DNA of 36,231 nucleotides from assembly GCF_006345805.1 (NCBI RefSeq), contig NW_021824682.1:1-36231 (forward strand), read 5' to 3'. Below the pieces are notes generated by a model, which did no database searches, had not been told where the DNA came from, and was given only the letters and a program-made list of their open reading frames with translations. Position 1 is the first letter of the stretch. Every line of letters begins with the position of its first letter. Of this stretch, positions 12,408 to 24,864 are shown piece by piece. The position numbers were made by a program, and so were the translations under genes. The stretch is from Octopus sinensis. Taxonomy: Eukaryota.

Positions 12408-12856
12408 TGTTTATAAACTCGTGTTAACTTTTTCATATTTTGACCAATATAGATAACAAACCTAAAAAAAAGTTGTGATAAAAATACGAATAAAATAATA
12501 CTGGATTTGATTTATATTTGATCCCAAAAATCAATTATGTCCTAAGAAGTTCCCGCCGGTTTTCAATTTCTATGGATTTATATTCTTTGGATTTTTTCAC
12601 GCTCTGGTACACTCTTCCGCTGAGAAGATCTTCAATGTCAAGTTTGATGACGTTGATTGGTCTCCTTGTTAATAAAATTTTTTGAGTTTTTGCAAGACTG
12701 TTTTAATATTGGTATATTAAAAGTCGAAATATGACATAATTTAATATTCTAATATATTTATTCAATCATCATTAAAGTAATAAAAACGAAGGCGATTGGA
12801 TTCAAATCCACGATAACCCAACAAATTAACGGCATAATTTTTTTAGATATGTTTAT

Positions 12857-13075
12857 CTTCCTGTGTTTTTGGGGCCAAGACGCTTGCTCATCTCAAGAAA
12901 CTTGGCCGCTTGTGCACCCACCGCTCCAAAGATCCGAGGGAATTTATATTCCTTATTCAGAGGATCTCGCTGGCTGTTTTACGCGGAAATTGTCTTTCAA
13001 TCCTGCGAGCCAGTTCATAGTAGTTAGTTTTTTTTGATGATTTCTTTTTCAATTTAAAATTATAAATGAAAAAAA
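12857..13075 (+). mobile_element. Short CRE-clade 3' fragment with poly(A) and 12-bp TSD
   Basis: Reads VFGAKTLAHLKKLG..DPREFIFLIQRISLAVLRGNCLSI*. AGATATGTTTAT occurs at 12845-12856 and 13076-13087, with an A-tract before the right copy. Confidence 0.82.
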
Positions 13076-14082
13076 AGATATGTTTATTAATAGAAGGTTC
13101 AATGTAATTTCAATCTATCAAATGAATTTGTTACCTGAGTCCTCTTATAAAAAAATTGAGGAGATAATAGAGCACTAAAATAAAATTATATATCAGAACA
13201 AGTTTATCTTAATAAGAAGATAGTTGAACAATATAATATCAATTTAAACGCATTACTATCCCAAGTTTATATACAGCGAACAAAAATAAAAACTGAACAT
13301 TCTTTTTCTTATAAATTTTCAATCGGACAATATTACAAATAAAGGCAACCCTCGTTAATCCGAACTTCAATAATCCGAATTTTTAATTGAAATTATAAAT
13401 GTTCTAACTTTTTCTTGTCAAATTTGATTCAATGCTCCAAAAATTCAATAATCAGCAATCCGAGCGCTATGAATAATTTATTTATTTTATTTATTAAAGA
13501 CCAAAGACGGGTAAGCCAGTTAATTATAGTAATCCCCGTGATCGCCGATCCGAACGAGGGAGATCCTACTGAAAGGTTCGATCCTGCCCGCATAATCGGC
13601 CTGAGACGACGGTGTCCCAGGGTCTGTAATATAATTTTGGATTAATTTTGTTTATTATTATGTGTTTATTTATTACAAAATGAAACAAATCAGATTAAAA
13701 TTATAGATTTAAGGGGTACATTATTCAATCGAGGAAGCATTTACTGATCTGGAATTTAAAATCAAATATTTCGACACATATTTGTGTTCAGAACTAATCG
13801 CGATAATGGACAACATCGAGAGTGATAAATCCAGAGTTATCCTTGATTTCGAATTCGTAAATTATAACTCATGGAGCAGAGTAAAAGCTGCCCGTGATCT
13901 CTACTTAATTCATAGATTTCTACAATTAAAAACATTAATTGATACTCCTGATAAAAATTTTTCTGCCCATCGAACAGATGTCTCAAAAAATATTTTCCAG
14001 TTTATTCATCAAACTCCTCTTGTGAACGAACTGTTTTATTGGTCGAGAAATCTCATATCAGACCAGAGAAAATAAGATAATA

Positions 14083-16312
14083 CACTCAACCCTCGCAAAT
14101 TGGCCCCTCTCAAATTGGCCACAAATTTTAATTTTTTTGTACTATAATTTTTATTCTTCAAAATTTTTTTTAATAAATTGAATTTTATTAATAAAATTTG
14201 TCCCAAATGTCTTCTCGCAATATTTATACTCGTCCGAATTTTAATCAGAAAATAGAAATTTTATCTTATAAAGAAAGAATCCTCATTTTTCGTGTCATCA
14301 TTTGGCCGAAAGAATTTCTTTTTGTTTAATAAAAAAATTTCTCGAAAAACAACAACAACATTCTTTTGAAAAAAGATTCTCTTCTCAAAGATAGCAAGAT
14401 ACACAATCTAGGTTCAAAAAAAAGTATCAAATCTTAAGTTTCCTGAACTTGATGCAAAATTGGTTGAATGGATGGATTTGATTGTGTCTAGAGGTATCTT
14501 ATTTAGGGTCTAATATTTAGACGGTTTTCTTAATGATGCCTTAATTTCTAGTAAGGCTATGTTTTTTGCGCAACAACTTAAACTAGTAAATTTTAAAAAC
14601 TTAAATGGTTTTTTGAAAAAAATTAAAAAACGAAATGGATTTCGAATGCGAAAATTCATGGAAAATTGAAAACAGATGATCCCGTTGATATCTAATCTTT
14701 CCTTTCTAAATTTCGTGAAGTTTTACAGAGATACAATGATGATCAAATTTACAACTTAGATGAAACTAGATGTTTTATAAAAATCATTCCTTCAAAATCT
14801 ATTTGTCGCAACCGATTTAAAGGTTACAAAAATTTCAAGGATCGTGTTTCTATAATGCTTTGCACAAATTGATTGAAATAAGTTAGTCAAGGATTAAAAG
14901 GCACTTGCGGTTGCACGCATGATGGAGTGTGCATTGCCGCGAACGACAGCTATTCCAATTTGTTGGAATAACCATGACACTTCTCGAGGCTCCCCACGTC
15001 GCCTAGCAACTTTTCCTCCGACTTCTCTGATGAAAGAAGTCGTAAGAGGGCCGGTTACCCCAGAAGTCTCCACAGCGATAGGTACGAAGCGGTACCGTTG
15101 TCAAAGATTTGCGTATTTGGCAATTTTTCTTTGCTCTGCAGCATCTGCTGCAGAACCTGGAGAAACAGCAGAAGAGATCATATTAGTTTTGGAATGGGTG
15201 TCAACACACGTTGAATCCCAACCAACGATTTTCCACAGGAGTAGGGAAAAGTGGTCATTCCATCGGGTCTTTTCCCATCTCCACGATATAAGCCCACTGG
15301 CTCTAGGATCGAGGGGAAGCCCGCCGACTCAAGAGCTCTTATATAACATTGTTAATAGCGGAGTGCCGAGGAGCTCGGCCAGCACTTCGTTTGCAAGAGA
15401 GTGGGTGTACACCTTTGACGTCAACCATTTTTCACATCTACAACGATGTTGTTCGCAGATGTCAAGTCCGAGTCTCAGTGCAGTACCGATACGCATGCAG
15501 TCATCCTCTAATAATGTTCCGAGGCCAGCAATTGGCATAGCATTCAGCCATGACCCACTGAGTGGCACAGCTGCAGAGCGTAAGCAGGCGAGGCGGTGCT
15601 GGTCGAGCCTCATTGCCAGGTTGTCTGCGGTGAACGCCTCTCTCTACTCGACTCCCACACGGCCTTTTTCCTCCTCAAAAATTGCATCCACGTTCCCAAA
15701 CTGTTATATTTATTGAGATGCTTGCCCTGCTTTATACAAGATGAAATATTGCATTCTATCGATGATACGTTAAGATTGTGCGCCGAGTGGATCCTAAATG
15801 TCCGTTTCGATAATGATGGGTGGACCCAGTGTAAACTACCTCTTTAATTCTGGCAAAGCTGGCCTAAGATCCGCCCTGGACCTTGCCCTCCCAGCTTTCC
15901 TGTCCTCTCACTCATCCTGCCGAAGGCTATCCTTGGAGATTCTACATAAATCCCCCGAATCTTCTTTGGACAGGCCTTTTGAAGATGGATGTATGCTGTG
16001 GAAGGAATCAGGATTAAAATTCCCGATCCAAACATCACTCCACAGAGCTGGGACAAATTAAGCTACAAAATTGACTTGTAAATGATATAGAACTCATTGA
16101 TTTACAAAATTATATAGAACTGGCGGCTTTGTTCAAAAATGCGTCCATTATTAATTTTTACGAATTGGAAAATATAAAAAATATATAAAATATTTTTTGT
16201 ACGGCCCGCGAAGCTAATCTTAATTATCGATTTGGAAGGATTATCGATTTTTAATCTAATTGGCCAACAAAATTGAAGTATCCAAAAATGCCCAATTTGA
16301 AACGGTTGAGTG
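14083..16312 (+). mobile_element. pogo/Tigger-like element A (intron-containing transposase), interrupted by CRE
   Basis: Left end TA|CACTCAACCCTCGCAAATTGG; right end CCAATTTGAAACGGTTGAGTG|TA. Transposase 14207-14870: FPELDAKLVEW, a 27-nt intron (14494-14520), FLNDALISSKA, IYNLDET, KDRVSIMLCTN. Confidence 0.8.
14873..16064 (-). mobile_element. CRE-clade non-LTR insertion with inverted 5' segment
   Basis: Minus strand 15613 to 14894 reads RLDQHRLACL..SGSWLNAMP..LEPVGL..GKRPDG..WDST..AVETSG..QQIGIAVVRGN*. Plus strand about 15610-16060 reads the upstream part, LLDSHTAFFLLKNC..PKLLYLLR..GLRSALDLALPAF..QSWD. TSD ACAAA(A)TTGA at 14864-14872 and 16065-16074. Confidence 0.85.
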
Positions 16313-16851
16313 TATTAAAAAAATCAGAATAGTAGAAAAGAATCAAAATAATAAAAAAATCAAAATAAACAATAAAATACTAGAAAAAAATAATTTAAAC
16401 AAGTCTGTATAAATGCATATTAATTAATTGATAAATGAATACAAATTCACTTGCAAAATATACTTTATGCAAGATATTTTACCAGTAATCAATTTAATTA
16501 ATAGTCAAACAAATAAAAAAACAAAAAATTATAAAATTAAAACATAAAGCACGAAAAAATAAAATAAGAATTAACTGCATACATGCACAACAAAAGAAAA
16601 ATATAACGTGCGTAATAATTTATTGTAGTTAATTCGATAAATTAAAAACATTTAAAAAATAAAATAAATAACATTTAATATCACCAATCTGTATTATTTC
16701 AGCTCGTCAAATATAAGGGCAAAAAGAAATTGTTCTACAAGGATCCTTTTCTTCTAAACCTGCCATCAAATTTTGTCTTCAAAAAAAAGTTTGTTGAGCG
16801 ATGGGAAAAATGCCAGAATTTCCACATCCTTAGATGCAAAATTGATTTCGT

Positions 16852-18782
16852 CAGTGTAAAACCTCTCGAATCCGCCACCTCTCGAATCCGCCGAATTTTT
16901 TCAAGAATACGAAATTTCCTATGAGATATTCCCGAATCCGCAAATTTCTCGAATCCGCCGCGTTTTTAGAAATATATATTTTTTATTTTCTTAATTATTA
17001 TTTTTTTAAATTTCAAAACACTTTTACACGAGACATTATCATTTAATTGTGTGGTTGGTCCTGTTAATTGTAATGAAACGTAATTGTACCAGATTTAAAA
17101 ATTCAAAAAACAAAAATTATTAAATTTATCGATCAAAATCCAGGAATTTCGCTTACAAGAGTGTCCGCTATCTTTTCCGAAAGATTCAGACGCGTTATTT
17201 CAAGACGATCTTTAAACGACCTTAGGAACAGAAGGAATGTATCTGCCTTGCTTTTTTCAGAATTATCTCGGAATCCATATTTAAAGTTCAATGAAATTGA
17301 TGAAGATACTATGTCATGGATTGAAATGATGGAAACCAGAGGAGCATTTCTTAATGATTCGATTATTCTTACAAAGGCTGAAGACTTTGCGAAGAAACGT
17401 CAAATAACTGAGTTTAAAGCCAGTCGTGGATGGCTTGAAAAATTTAAAAGAAGACATGGGTTAAAATTGAAGAAACTTTATGGAGAATCTTCTACAGAGA
17501 ATTTCTCAAATTCTGAAGTTAATGATTTTCTCATTAATATAAGAGTAAAAATAAAATTATATGGTCGCGAAAATGTCTATAATGCAGATGAGACAGGATT
17601 ATTTTATAAAGCTCTTCCATGTAAAAGCATTTGCAAGATCAAGAGATATGGGCATAAATTATTGAAGGATCGAATATCGATAATGTTCTGTTCAAATATG
17701 ACTGGTACCGATAAACTAACACCATTCATAATTGGAAAATTCAAAAATCCTAGATGCTCTAAAAATTTTAGCTATCGAAGTTTTGTGACCTATCATAATT
17801 CAAAAAAAGCATGGATGGATTCTATGTTTTTCCTTATTAAACTGGGGGATTTGGCAAGCAGAAGAAGAAATGATCATTGGGAACGGACATGGCTTTTCTA
17901 ACGCATAACAATAGCCATCTTGCGTGGGAATTGCCATTCCATCTTATCCTCTGCAGCTAATTAAATACTAAATAACAGATTCAAATATGATAATTTCGTT
18001 TTTAAAAAAATATGTAAAAAAAAAAATTTTAATAAGAAATTATAAATTTCTTTTAAGATGCCAATCTTTGGGAAAGACAGATTTTTGTTACGACGATTTA
18101 TCAAATTGAAAAGCAAAAAGATATTAATAATATGTTAATTAATTTCTTCAAAAAACAATTTTTTTGGGTTTTAGTGGTGCATGAGTAGGTTGAATGCCCA
18201 CTTAATAGTCCAAGAAAGTTTGCCCTCAAATGCGAAAAAAGTTTTTTGATATACGATTATTCCCCCGAGTACTGCCCCCTTATCAACGGAACATGTATAG
18301 TCATCCCAATTAGTCGACAGTCGGTGACGAATTTGCCAATAAATATTCCCGTCTTGTACGTACATTCAAATACCAGGGAGGAACATTGGTAACACGTGAC
18401 TATTTACAAAATTCTAAGAGAATGAAGAGATCCTGGACAATTTGGATGAAAATGATGATGAGGACATTGATTGTGGAGAAAAAAAGAATGGACAAGTCGT
18501 TTTAGACCACGATGCTGCTTTGAATGCTCTCCATACATTGAGGAAGTACTTCAAACAAAAGGATGAAACTAATTTAAATGTCTTCAATCACCTTGATGAT
18601 GTTAGTAGAAACATCAAAATAACTATTAAAACTAAAATAACTGACTATATTTAAAGAAATTAATGTCTTCATTTTTTAATTAGTCTATAAAAATATTCAA
18701 ATTTGTCTCTCGAATCCGCCAAACTCTCGAATCCGCCGTAATTTCCCAGGTCCAAATTTGGCGGATTCGAGAGGTTTTACTG
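16852..18782 (+). mobile_element. pogo/Tigger-like element B
   Basis: 21-bp TIR core GTAAAACCTCTCGAATCCGCC (16856-16876 and 18760-18780), right end TG|TA, subterminal CTCGAATCCGCC repeats. CENP-B HTH (FKASRGWLEKFKRRH), NADETG and KAWM in 17161-17830; C-terminus KITDYI at 18442-18654. Confidence 0.88.
17830..17964 (+). mobile_element. CRE-clade 3' fragment inside pogo B
   Basis: Reads LIKLGDLASRRRND..TWLF*RITIAILRGNCHSI*. No TSD seen. Confidence 0.75.
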
Positions 18783-18849
18783 TACCAAAATTTTACTCTT
18801 TGTGGTTTCATTAATAAAATGAAATTAACTGCCCATAGGTATCGCGTGG

Positions 18850-19394
18850 CCCATGTGACAAAATAATCGCATATGTGGGAGAAGCATGGAGTCGATTAAT
18901 AACAACAACAATTGTCAATTGTTGGATGAAAATAAACGAACAGAGAACATGTTTTCCTGAAATTAATTCACAAAAAGAATCTGAATTAATTGATAAGCAT
19001 GTTTTAGCTTTAATGGTCTTGAAATAAACGGAATTGAGGATAATGATACTTTGTATAATGGAAATGATGAAATTGAGAGTCCGACTTAAAAGATTCAATG
19101 AGAATAATTAATGATCTTGAAACTTCCTTATTCACACTTGCCCTGAAGGACTCAAAGAATACTATGAATTCAAGATAAAAATGTCGAAGATTCTAAGAAA
19201 TAAATATAATATTGGATTCAAAATAACTGATTATTTTTCATAGAATAAATTAATTCCTCTTTTTTAATACGAAAAAACATTTTATTATTAAAAATACAGA
19301 TATTTGCTTTTAAAAAGTAAAAATTATATATACCTCTACCTTAGGGGCACCCTCTATATTTGGGGCACTTTTCTATTGGGGCGGGGTCGTACTG
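18850..19394 (+). mobile_element. Right end of another pogo-like element (D)
   Basis: AWSRLITTTIVNCW and ..KITDYF C-terminal motifs. Terminus GGGGTCGTACTG|TA matches the TIR family of the MITE at 33642-34103. Confidence 0.65.
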
Positions 19395-19435
19395 TAATAT
19401 GCTTAAACAAGCAATTATATGAGAATTTTTTAAAA

Positions 19436-20084
19436 TAAATATTTTTTAGATATAGAAAATGTATAGAAATAGGAGAAATCAATTAAAATGTTTCAGTCAT
19501 TATTAATAATGTTTATAGAATGATTAAAATACATGATTCTTCAAACCAATAATTAATTATAAAATTAAAGGATCAAGGAACCATAAACATAAAATAATGA
19601 AAAAAACCATAAATAACAAGTAAAAACTATTCATCACAGAAAAATATAAATAAATATTTTTTAGATATAGAAAATGTATAAAAATGGGAGAAATCAATTA
19701 AAATGTTTCAGTCATTATTAATAATGTTTATAGAATGATTAAAAATACTGATTCTTCAAACCAATAATTAATTATAAAATTAAAGGATCAAGGAACCAAT
19801 AAACATAGAAATAATGAAAAAAACCATAATAACAAGTAAAAACTATTCATCACAGAAAAATATAAAATAAATATTTTTTAGATATAGAAAATGTATAAAA
19901 ATAGGAGAAATCAATTAAAATGTTTCAGTCATTATTAATAATGTTTATAGAATGATTAAAAATACGTGATTCTTCAAACCAATAATTAATTATAAAATTA
20001 AAGGATCAAGGAACCAATAAACATAGAAATAATGAAAAAAACATAAATAACAAGTAAAAACTATTCATCACAGAAAAATATAAA
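19436..20084. repeat. Tandem repeat, about 216-bp unit x3
   Basis: Units start at 19436, 19651 and 19868. They are near-identical, differing mostly by homopolymer indels. Confidence 0.92.
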
Positions 20085-20589
20085 TACATCAACCACAAAA
20101 GTAATGACAAACTACACACGTCATATATACGTTATTTTAGGAATTAAATAAAATCTTAAAATTTAAAAAAAAATAAAATTATAATTTTAGTTATTTGCAT
20201 TCAAATTACACTGTTTCAAATTATTTGTCATTGTCTCCTCATTATAATAAACTTTGAAAATAATCAGATAGATAGTGTGCTTCTATACTGAAACATCAAT
20301 TCTCATTCTGATTAACAAGGTTACTTGATTATCTTTTAGCAGTTGTACGAGGACAATGTTGCCAGATAAGCTATTTAAATTAAACGTGTTTATTTTATTT
20401 TTTAATTATTGATTTTTTTCAAATTGGCTCTAAAATTTTTATTTACCAAAATGGCCAATTTGCAATGGTTCACTGTATCGATATTTTTCATCCCTATCAA
20501 AAAATTGATTTTTGTGTATAAAGAATCAACATTGATCCCAAACTTTATGAAGTTTATGTCTAATCCAGAATTTATATGTGAGGTACAGA

Positions 20590-20880
20590 AAAGTCTTCGA
20601 GCTAACTTGAGTTATCAAACATGCTCCAATTATTCTCATACGATATTTGACCGCACTATACAATGCAAACTGACGTACCGGACTCTTGGAAAAAGTATGA
20701 CGTATGATTCCAAAGCCTGGAAAAATGAAGGACCATGCAGAGAACTATCGGTCAATAAGCCTAATATGCTCCGTCTCTAAAATTATGGAACGGATTGTCT
20801 TCACAAGGCTTTCGAACTTCGTAGAGGAATCAGGTACACTTGCAGCGGAGCAGTGAGGATTCCGACGAAAAAGATCCTAC
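20590..20880 (+). mobile_element. Fragment of an APE-type (I/Jockey-like) LINE reverse transcriptase
   Basis: Frameshifted VPDSWK..IPKPGK..ENYRSISLICSVSKIMERIV..EQ*GFRRKRS. Confidence 0.75.
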
Positions 20881-20884
20881 GGGA

Positions 20885-21811
20885 ATTGTTCTATATGGCT
20901 ACATACAAGTCCTCATCTATATGGCTTGGAAATGGAAATAACTCATCGCGCAATGAAGGATTGGCATGTTTTCTTCAGGATCGGAATATTTTCTTTTCCA
21001 GCAAGAACTGGTCTCAAGGTGCCCTCATTGTAAAGCGGCGAAGAAAACAGTGGATCATCTGGCCACTAGATGTGAACGTATGCTGTATCTTGACTACACG
21101 ATACGTCATAATGAAGTTGTACGCTGTTTGCATTTCCATTTTTGTCGTCTTTATGGATTGAAGAATCAGAAAGGTTGAAGACACATTCGGTGCAGGAGGT
21201 TATATCGAATGAAAGAGTTGAGGTACGGGTGGATACTCGAATCGAGACTGATTCTACCGTTCGTTATAACAAACCTGATTTATTGGTATATGATAAAAAG
21301 AGAACGTAATTTGGATTGTGGTGTGGGAATTACTTTTTAAGATAATTTACAGCGAGTAGAACTTGAAAAGTTAAGAAAATATGATTTGCTCGCTAATGAA
21401 TTATCCCTGATCCACAAGGCCAAAGCGAATATAATTCCTGTTGTCCTTACATGGGATGGCATTGTGTCTAAATATTAAAAAAAATTTGGAGTCGATCAGA
21501 GTGAGGGAACATCTGATTGCTTATATGCAATCAATTGTGCTTAAGCGTACGATGGAGAGAGCACAGTGCTGGACTTTCGGAGAGGTCTTTCGCAAATAGA
21601 TTATGAAGCCCGAGTTGAGGAGGTACTTTCAAAATACGAGAAAGCTAACGGGATCGGTGACCGAGAGATCGCGATGCGTCGACTCTTCGAGGATGCCTAC
21701 CATGTTCCTTTTCTGGATGGTTTGAAACGAGTTAAAATTGACGGAAGTGTGGGCCCTGGGATGATAGATCTGGAAGATAGTGGAGCTCGTAAAGTGGACT
21801 CCGAAGGCTGA
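20885..21811 (+). mobile_element. 3' part of an R4-like RLE non-LTR retrotransposon
   Basis: FLQDRN, CCHC knuckle CPHC..TVDHLATRC, RHNEVV, KPDL, EKLRKYDLLANEL. Paralogous to 30330-31207. Confidence 0.85.
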
Positions 21812-21939
21812 AGGGTCTTATAAGTAATTATTTGTTAACATTTGTTTTGTTTCAAGCGTGTCTATACATCAATATTAACAATTAGTTAAATATTTTAGAG
21901 AAATATTCTATTTTTAATTTATAAAAAAAAGCGTGGAAC

Positions 21940-22915
21940 TATGCGTATTGTGAAGCTCAGCAAAGAAAAAAAAAAATCAGAGAAAACCAAGAAGAAAACA
22001 CATTAGACGACAGTCCCAGCAGAAAACAACGATTTAGGCTAAAGCAGCTTGCGAAAAACATATGCTTTGAAAATGGAAATGTATTCTTTATTAAGAATTC
22101 AACCAAATTGTGATTTTTCGCAGAGGATGACATTGAGTTGAAGCTTAAATGCATTGAGGTATTGGATTAATTAACATTAATTAGGCGGAACATAATTATA
22201 ATCATTTTGGTAGTCGTAGGCCTAGAGATAGATATATAGCAGATCTCATTGATCTTCGCAGATATCCTGAAATTAACGATAAATTCTCTTGGGTATTTGA
22301 GATGAGATATTTAATATAAAGATTCTTGTAATCGTTGATTCCTTCTCGAAATATGTAGTTTTCGAATTATCAAAGTCGAAATCTGCGGTAGAAATAGCTA
22401 ACCTATTCCAAAATATTTTTTATTACATCGGACCACCAATCATCCTCCAAACAGACAATGGAAAAGAATTCTGTAATTCGTTAATTGACGAAGTCTGTGA
22501 AAAATATTCGATCAAGCATGTGCGTGGTAAAGCACGAGCGCCCTGGATACAAGAGCAAGTAGAGAGGTTGCCTGATGGTTTTAATTTTTTAAGGTTCAAC
22601 CAAAGCATAAAACGTTGGATATCTTCGACGGGAGAAGATGATACGAAATGATAGACGGAGAAGATGGAAATATGATGAAGATTCCATAAAAGTCAAAGCT
22701 ACAGTATTACTAAGGTATTAATTTTTTAATATATTTCCAAGACAACAAGACAATGATGCCAATATTCGAAGGTTCTTATTATACGATGGATTATCAAACA
22801 ACAAATATGTTGTGGTAGATCAACAAAATGACATGTACTTGATCGAAGATGAGAATGGTGAAAAAACTAACGTACATATACAAGAATTACAAAAGTTGAC
22901 TAACGATTTTGTTTA
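21940..22915 (+). mobile_element. GIN/Ginger-type (KRBA2-like) rve integrase gene with mini-introns, degenerate
   Basis: Introns 22159-22184 (26 nt), 22293-22321 (29 nt) and 22567-22593 (27 nt) splice to KCIE|AEHNYNHFG..RDRYIADLIDL..FSW|ILVIVDSFSKY..GPPIILQTDNGKEF..VRGKARAPWIQEQVER|FNQSIKRW. Confidence 0.8.
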
Positions 22916-22989
22916 AATGTGCTAAATATATTGCAAATGACTACATAGGATCTTTAGGGACAAATTCAAGTTTTCCATCAATGTTTATT

Positions 22990-24150
22990 TTCTAGAGAAC
23001 AATAACCGATGAAACTCAAATCGAAACAAACGTTATGTCGCCGTTTTGATGGGATCAATAAAACTCCCTACAATTACTTATTTGGTCTCATTCAAGCCAA
23101 TCGAATCCGCGCCAACAAAAAATATCATAGCACAGATCGTTGATGATCCATTCGAAACCTTATGGTTGAACGGGATAATTTTATGCTTCTCATTTCCGAT
23201 GCTGCACGGTATATGACATCCGGTATTGTTTTAATTAATTGATGATTTAGCCGGGAAAATTTTAAAAAATTTATATCCCAATCTTTTCATGTTAATTGCG
23301 TCACCCATATTTTGCATAATTGTTCAATGGAGGTCAGAAAATCTTATCAGAAGTTGATGATGTGATAGCTAGCGTGCAAGCTTCTGTCAGGAAGAACCAC
23401 AAGCGAAAATTGTTGTTTTACGAAATTGGAATTCCTCCGAAAGTTGTGTTGACGAGATGGGGCACCTGGTTAAAGGCTGCATCTTTTTATTCAAGAAATT
23501 TAATCTCAGTGATTAACATTTTTGATTTGATTGAGGACAAGGAATACTAGTGACTGCCACCAAAAATGCATTGAAAATTGAAAAGCTAGTAAAACGCTTA
23601 TGTGCAATTTCGCATAACTATTCACATATTCCAGGTTTTTCATATAGTAATTAATCTCATAGAGAAAATATTACAACTTGATAGTAACAAATGTACAATA
23701 GAATTTGCATATTCAACGTTAAGTACACTTGACTTCGGGTAGGATGAAGCAGGGATCAAAAAATTTTATTTAGAGAGAATTTTAGAGAGCGATATGACTA
23801 AAATTATTAATATGGATAATAAAAATATCTCTCCGGAAGATTATTCGTTACTTCAAAACTGTCAACCATCCTCGGCACCTATCGAACGATTCTTTTCGCA
23901 ATTTAGGAGTTTTATGAGGTCAAACAGAAACTTTCTACACAAAATTCGGAAAATTATGTTATGTCCATTTTCAATAAATAGTCTTTAAAGTATTTTATTG
24001 TTTCTTATTTATACTTTACAGGTTTTACTGAGAATAAATAAAGTTAAATTTTTTTAATTTTAAGGTTAAAAATTTTGGTTTATAGGTTAATAAAGTTAAC
24101 TTTTTAAGGTTAAATTTTTCAATTTTTAAGGTTACAAAATGTTGGCCCTA
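22990..24150 (+). mobile_element. CGGBP1-like hAT-related transposase relic
   Basis: TDET, DAARYM, HVNCVTH, PPKVVLTRWGTWLKAA, PSSAPIERFFSQ. Probable 28-nt intron at 23635-23662. Right end ..GGCCCTA (hAT-type TAGGG end) follows AAGGTTAA subterminal repeats. Confidence 0.7.
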
Positions 24151-24319
24151 GTTATAACATATCTGTCCATTCAGTTTCTAACGAAAGTCCTTTTAAAAGA
24201 TATCGAGAAATAAAGGGAATAAATTCAATAATCCATGGTTATATATATATCTTATGTCTTTGATAATTTAAGTGATGAGTGTGTGACTTTGGAAGAAATG
24301 GATTCCTTCAAAAAGTGTT

Positions 24320-24850
24320 TGTCAGAAAAATTCCCCGGGCAAAAAATGCTAAAAGACCGGTTTATTGTATTTCTTATATTTTAGATTTTCTTTGTTGCTG
24401 TGTGCAAATATGACGGGGACAGATAAAAAAAAGTCCATTGATGATTGGAAATTTAAGAAACCTGGATGCTTTAAGAATTTTAATGTGGAAAAATATATTG
24501 ATTATAGACATTCTGAAAGGTTGTGGATGACTAGCAAAATTTCCAACGAATGGCTTCTTTCATGGGATCGTGATCTTCAAAAAAAAATTCTGGTTGTTGT
24601 GGATCGATGCCCTTCACATGAAATTTACTCGAATTTAGTATCAATTGAACTGCTATACCTTCCTGCAAAAACGACCACAATTTTACAACCCATGGATCAG
24701 GGAATCATCCGCTCATTTAAAGCAAACTTTAACAAAATTAAATTTGATGCGATGTTAGAGAAAATTGTCAATGAAACTGATCCTGTCGATTCACACAAGA
24801 AGCTGAATTTAAAAGACGGTCTTTGTTTACGTATTTTGGATGGAATTTGG
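24320..24850 (+). mobile_element. pogo/Tigger DDE_1 transposase fragment C
   Basis: KDR|FSLLLCANMTG with a 25-nt intron (24360-24384), WMT, DRCPSH, LPAKTTTILQPMDQGII. Confidence 0.82.
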
Positions 24851-24864
24851 ATGGAAAAATGTTA

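Noticed and set aside
13530-13625. GC-rich island with GGTTCGATCC (tRNA T-loop/B-box-like)
   Set aside because: No matching T-stem, A-box or cloverleaf could be built by eye. tRNAscan-SE or Infernal would be needed.
14919-15716. 265-aa plus-strand ORF
   Set aside because: It is the antisense shadow of the minus-strand CRE endonuclease region.
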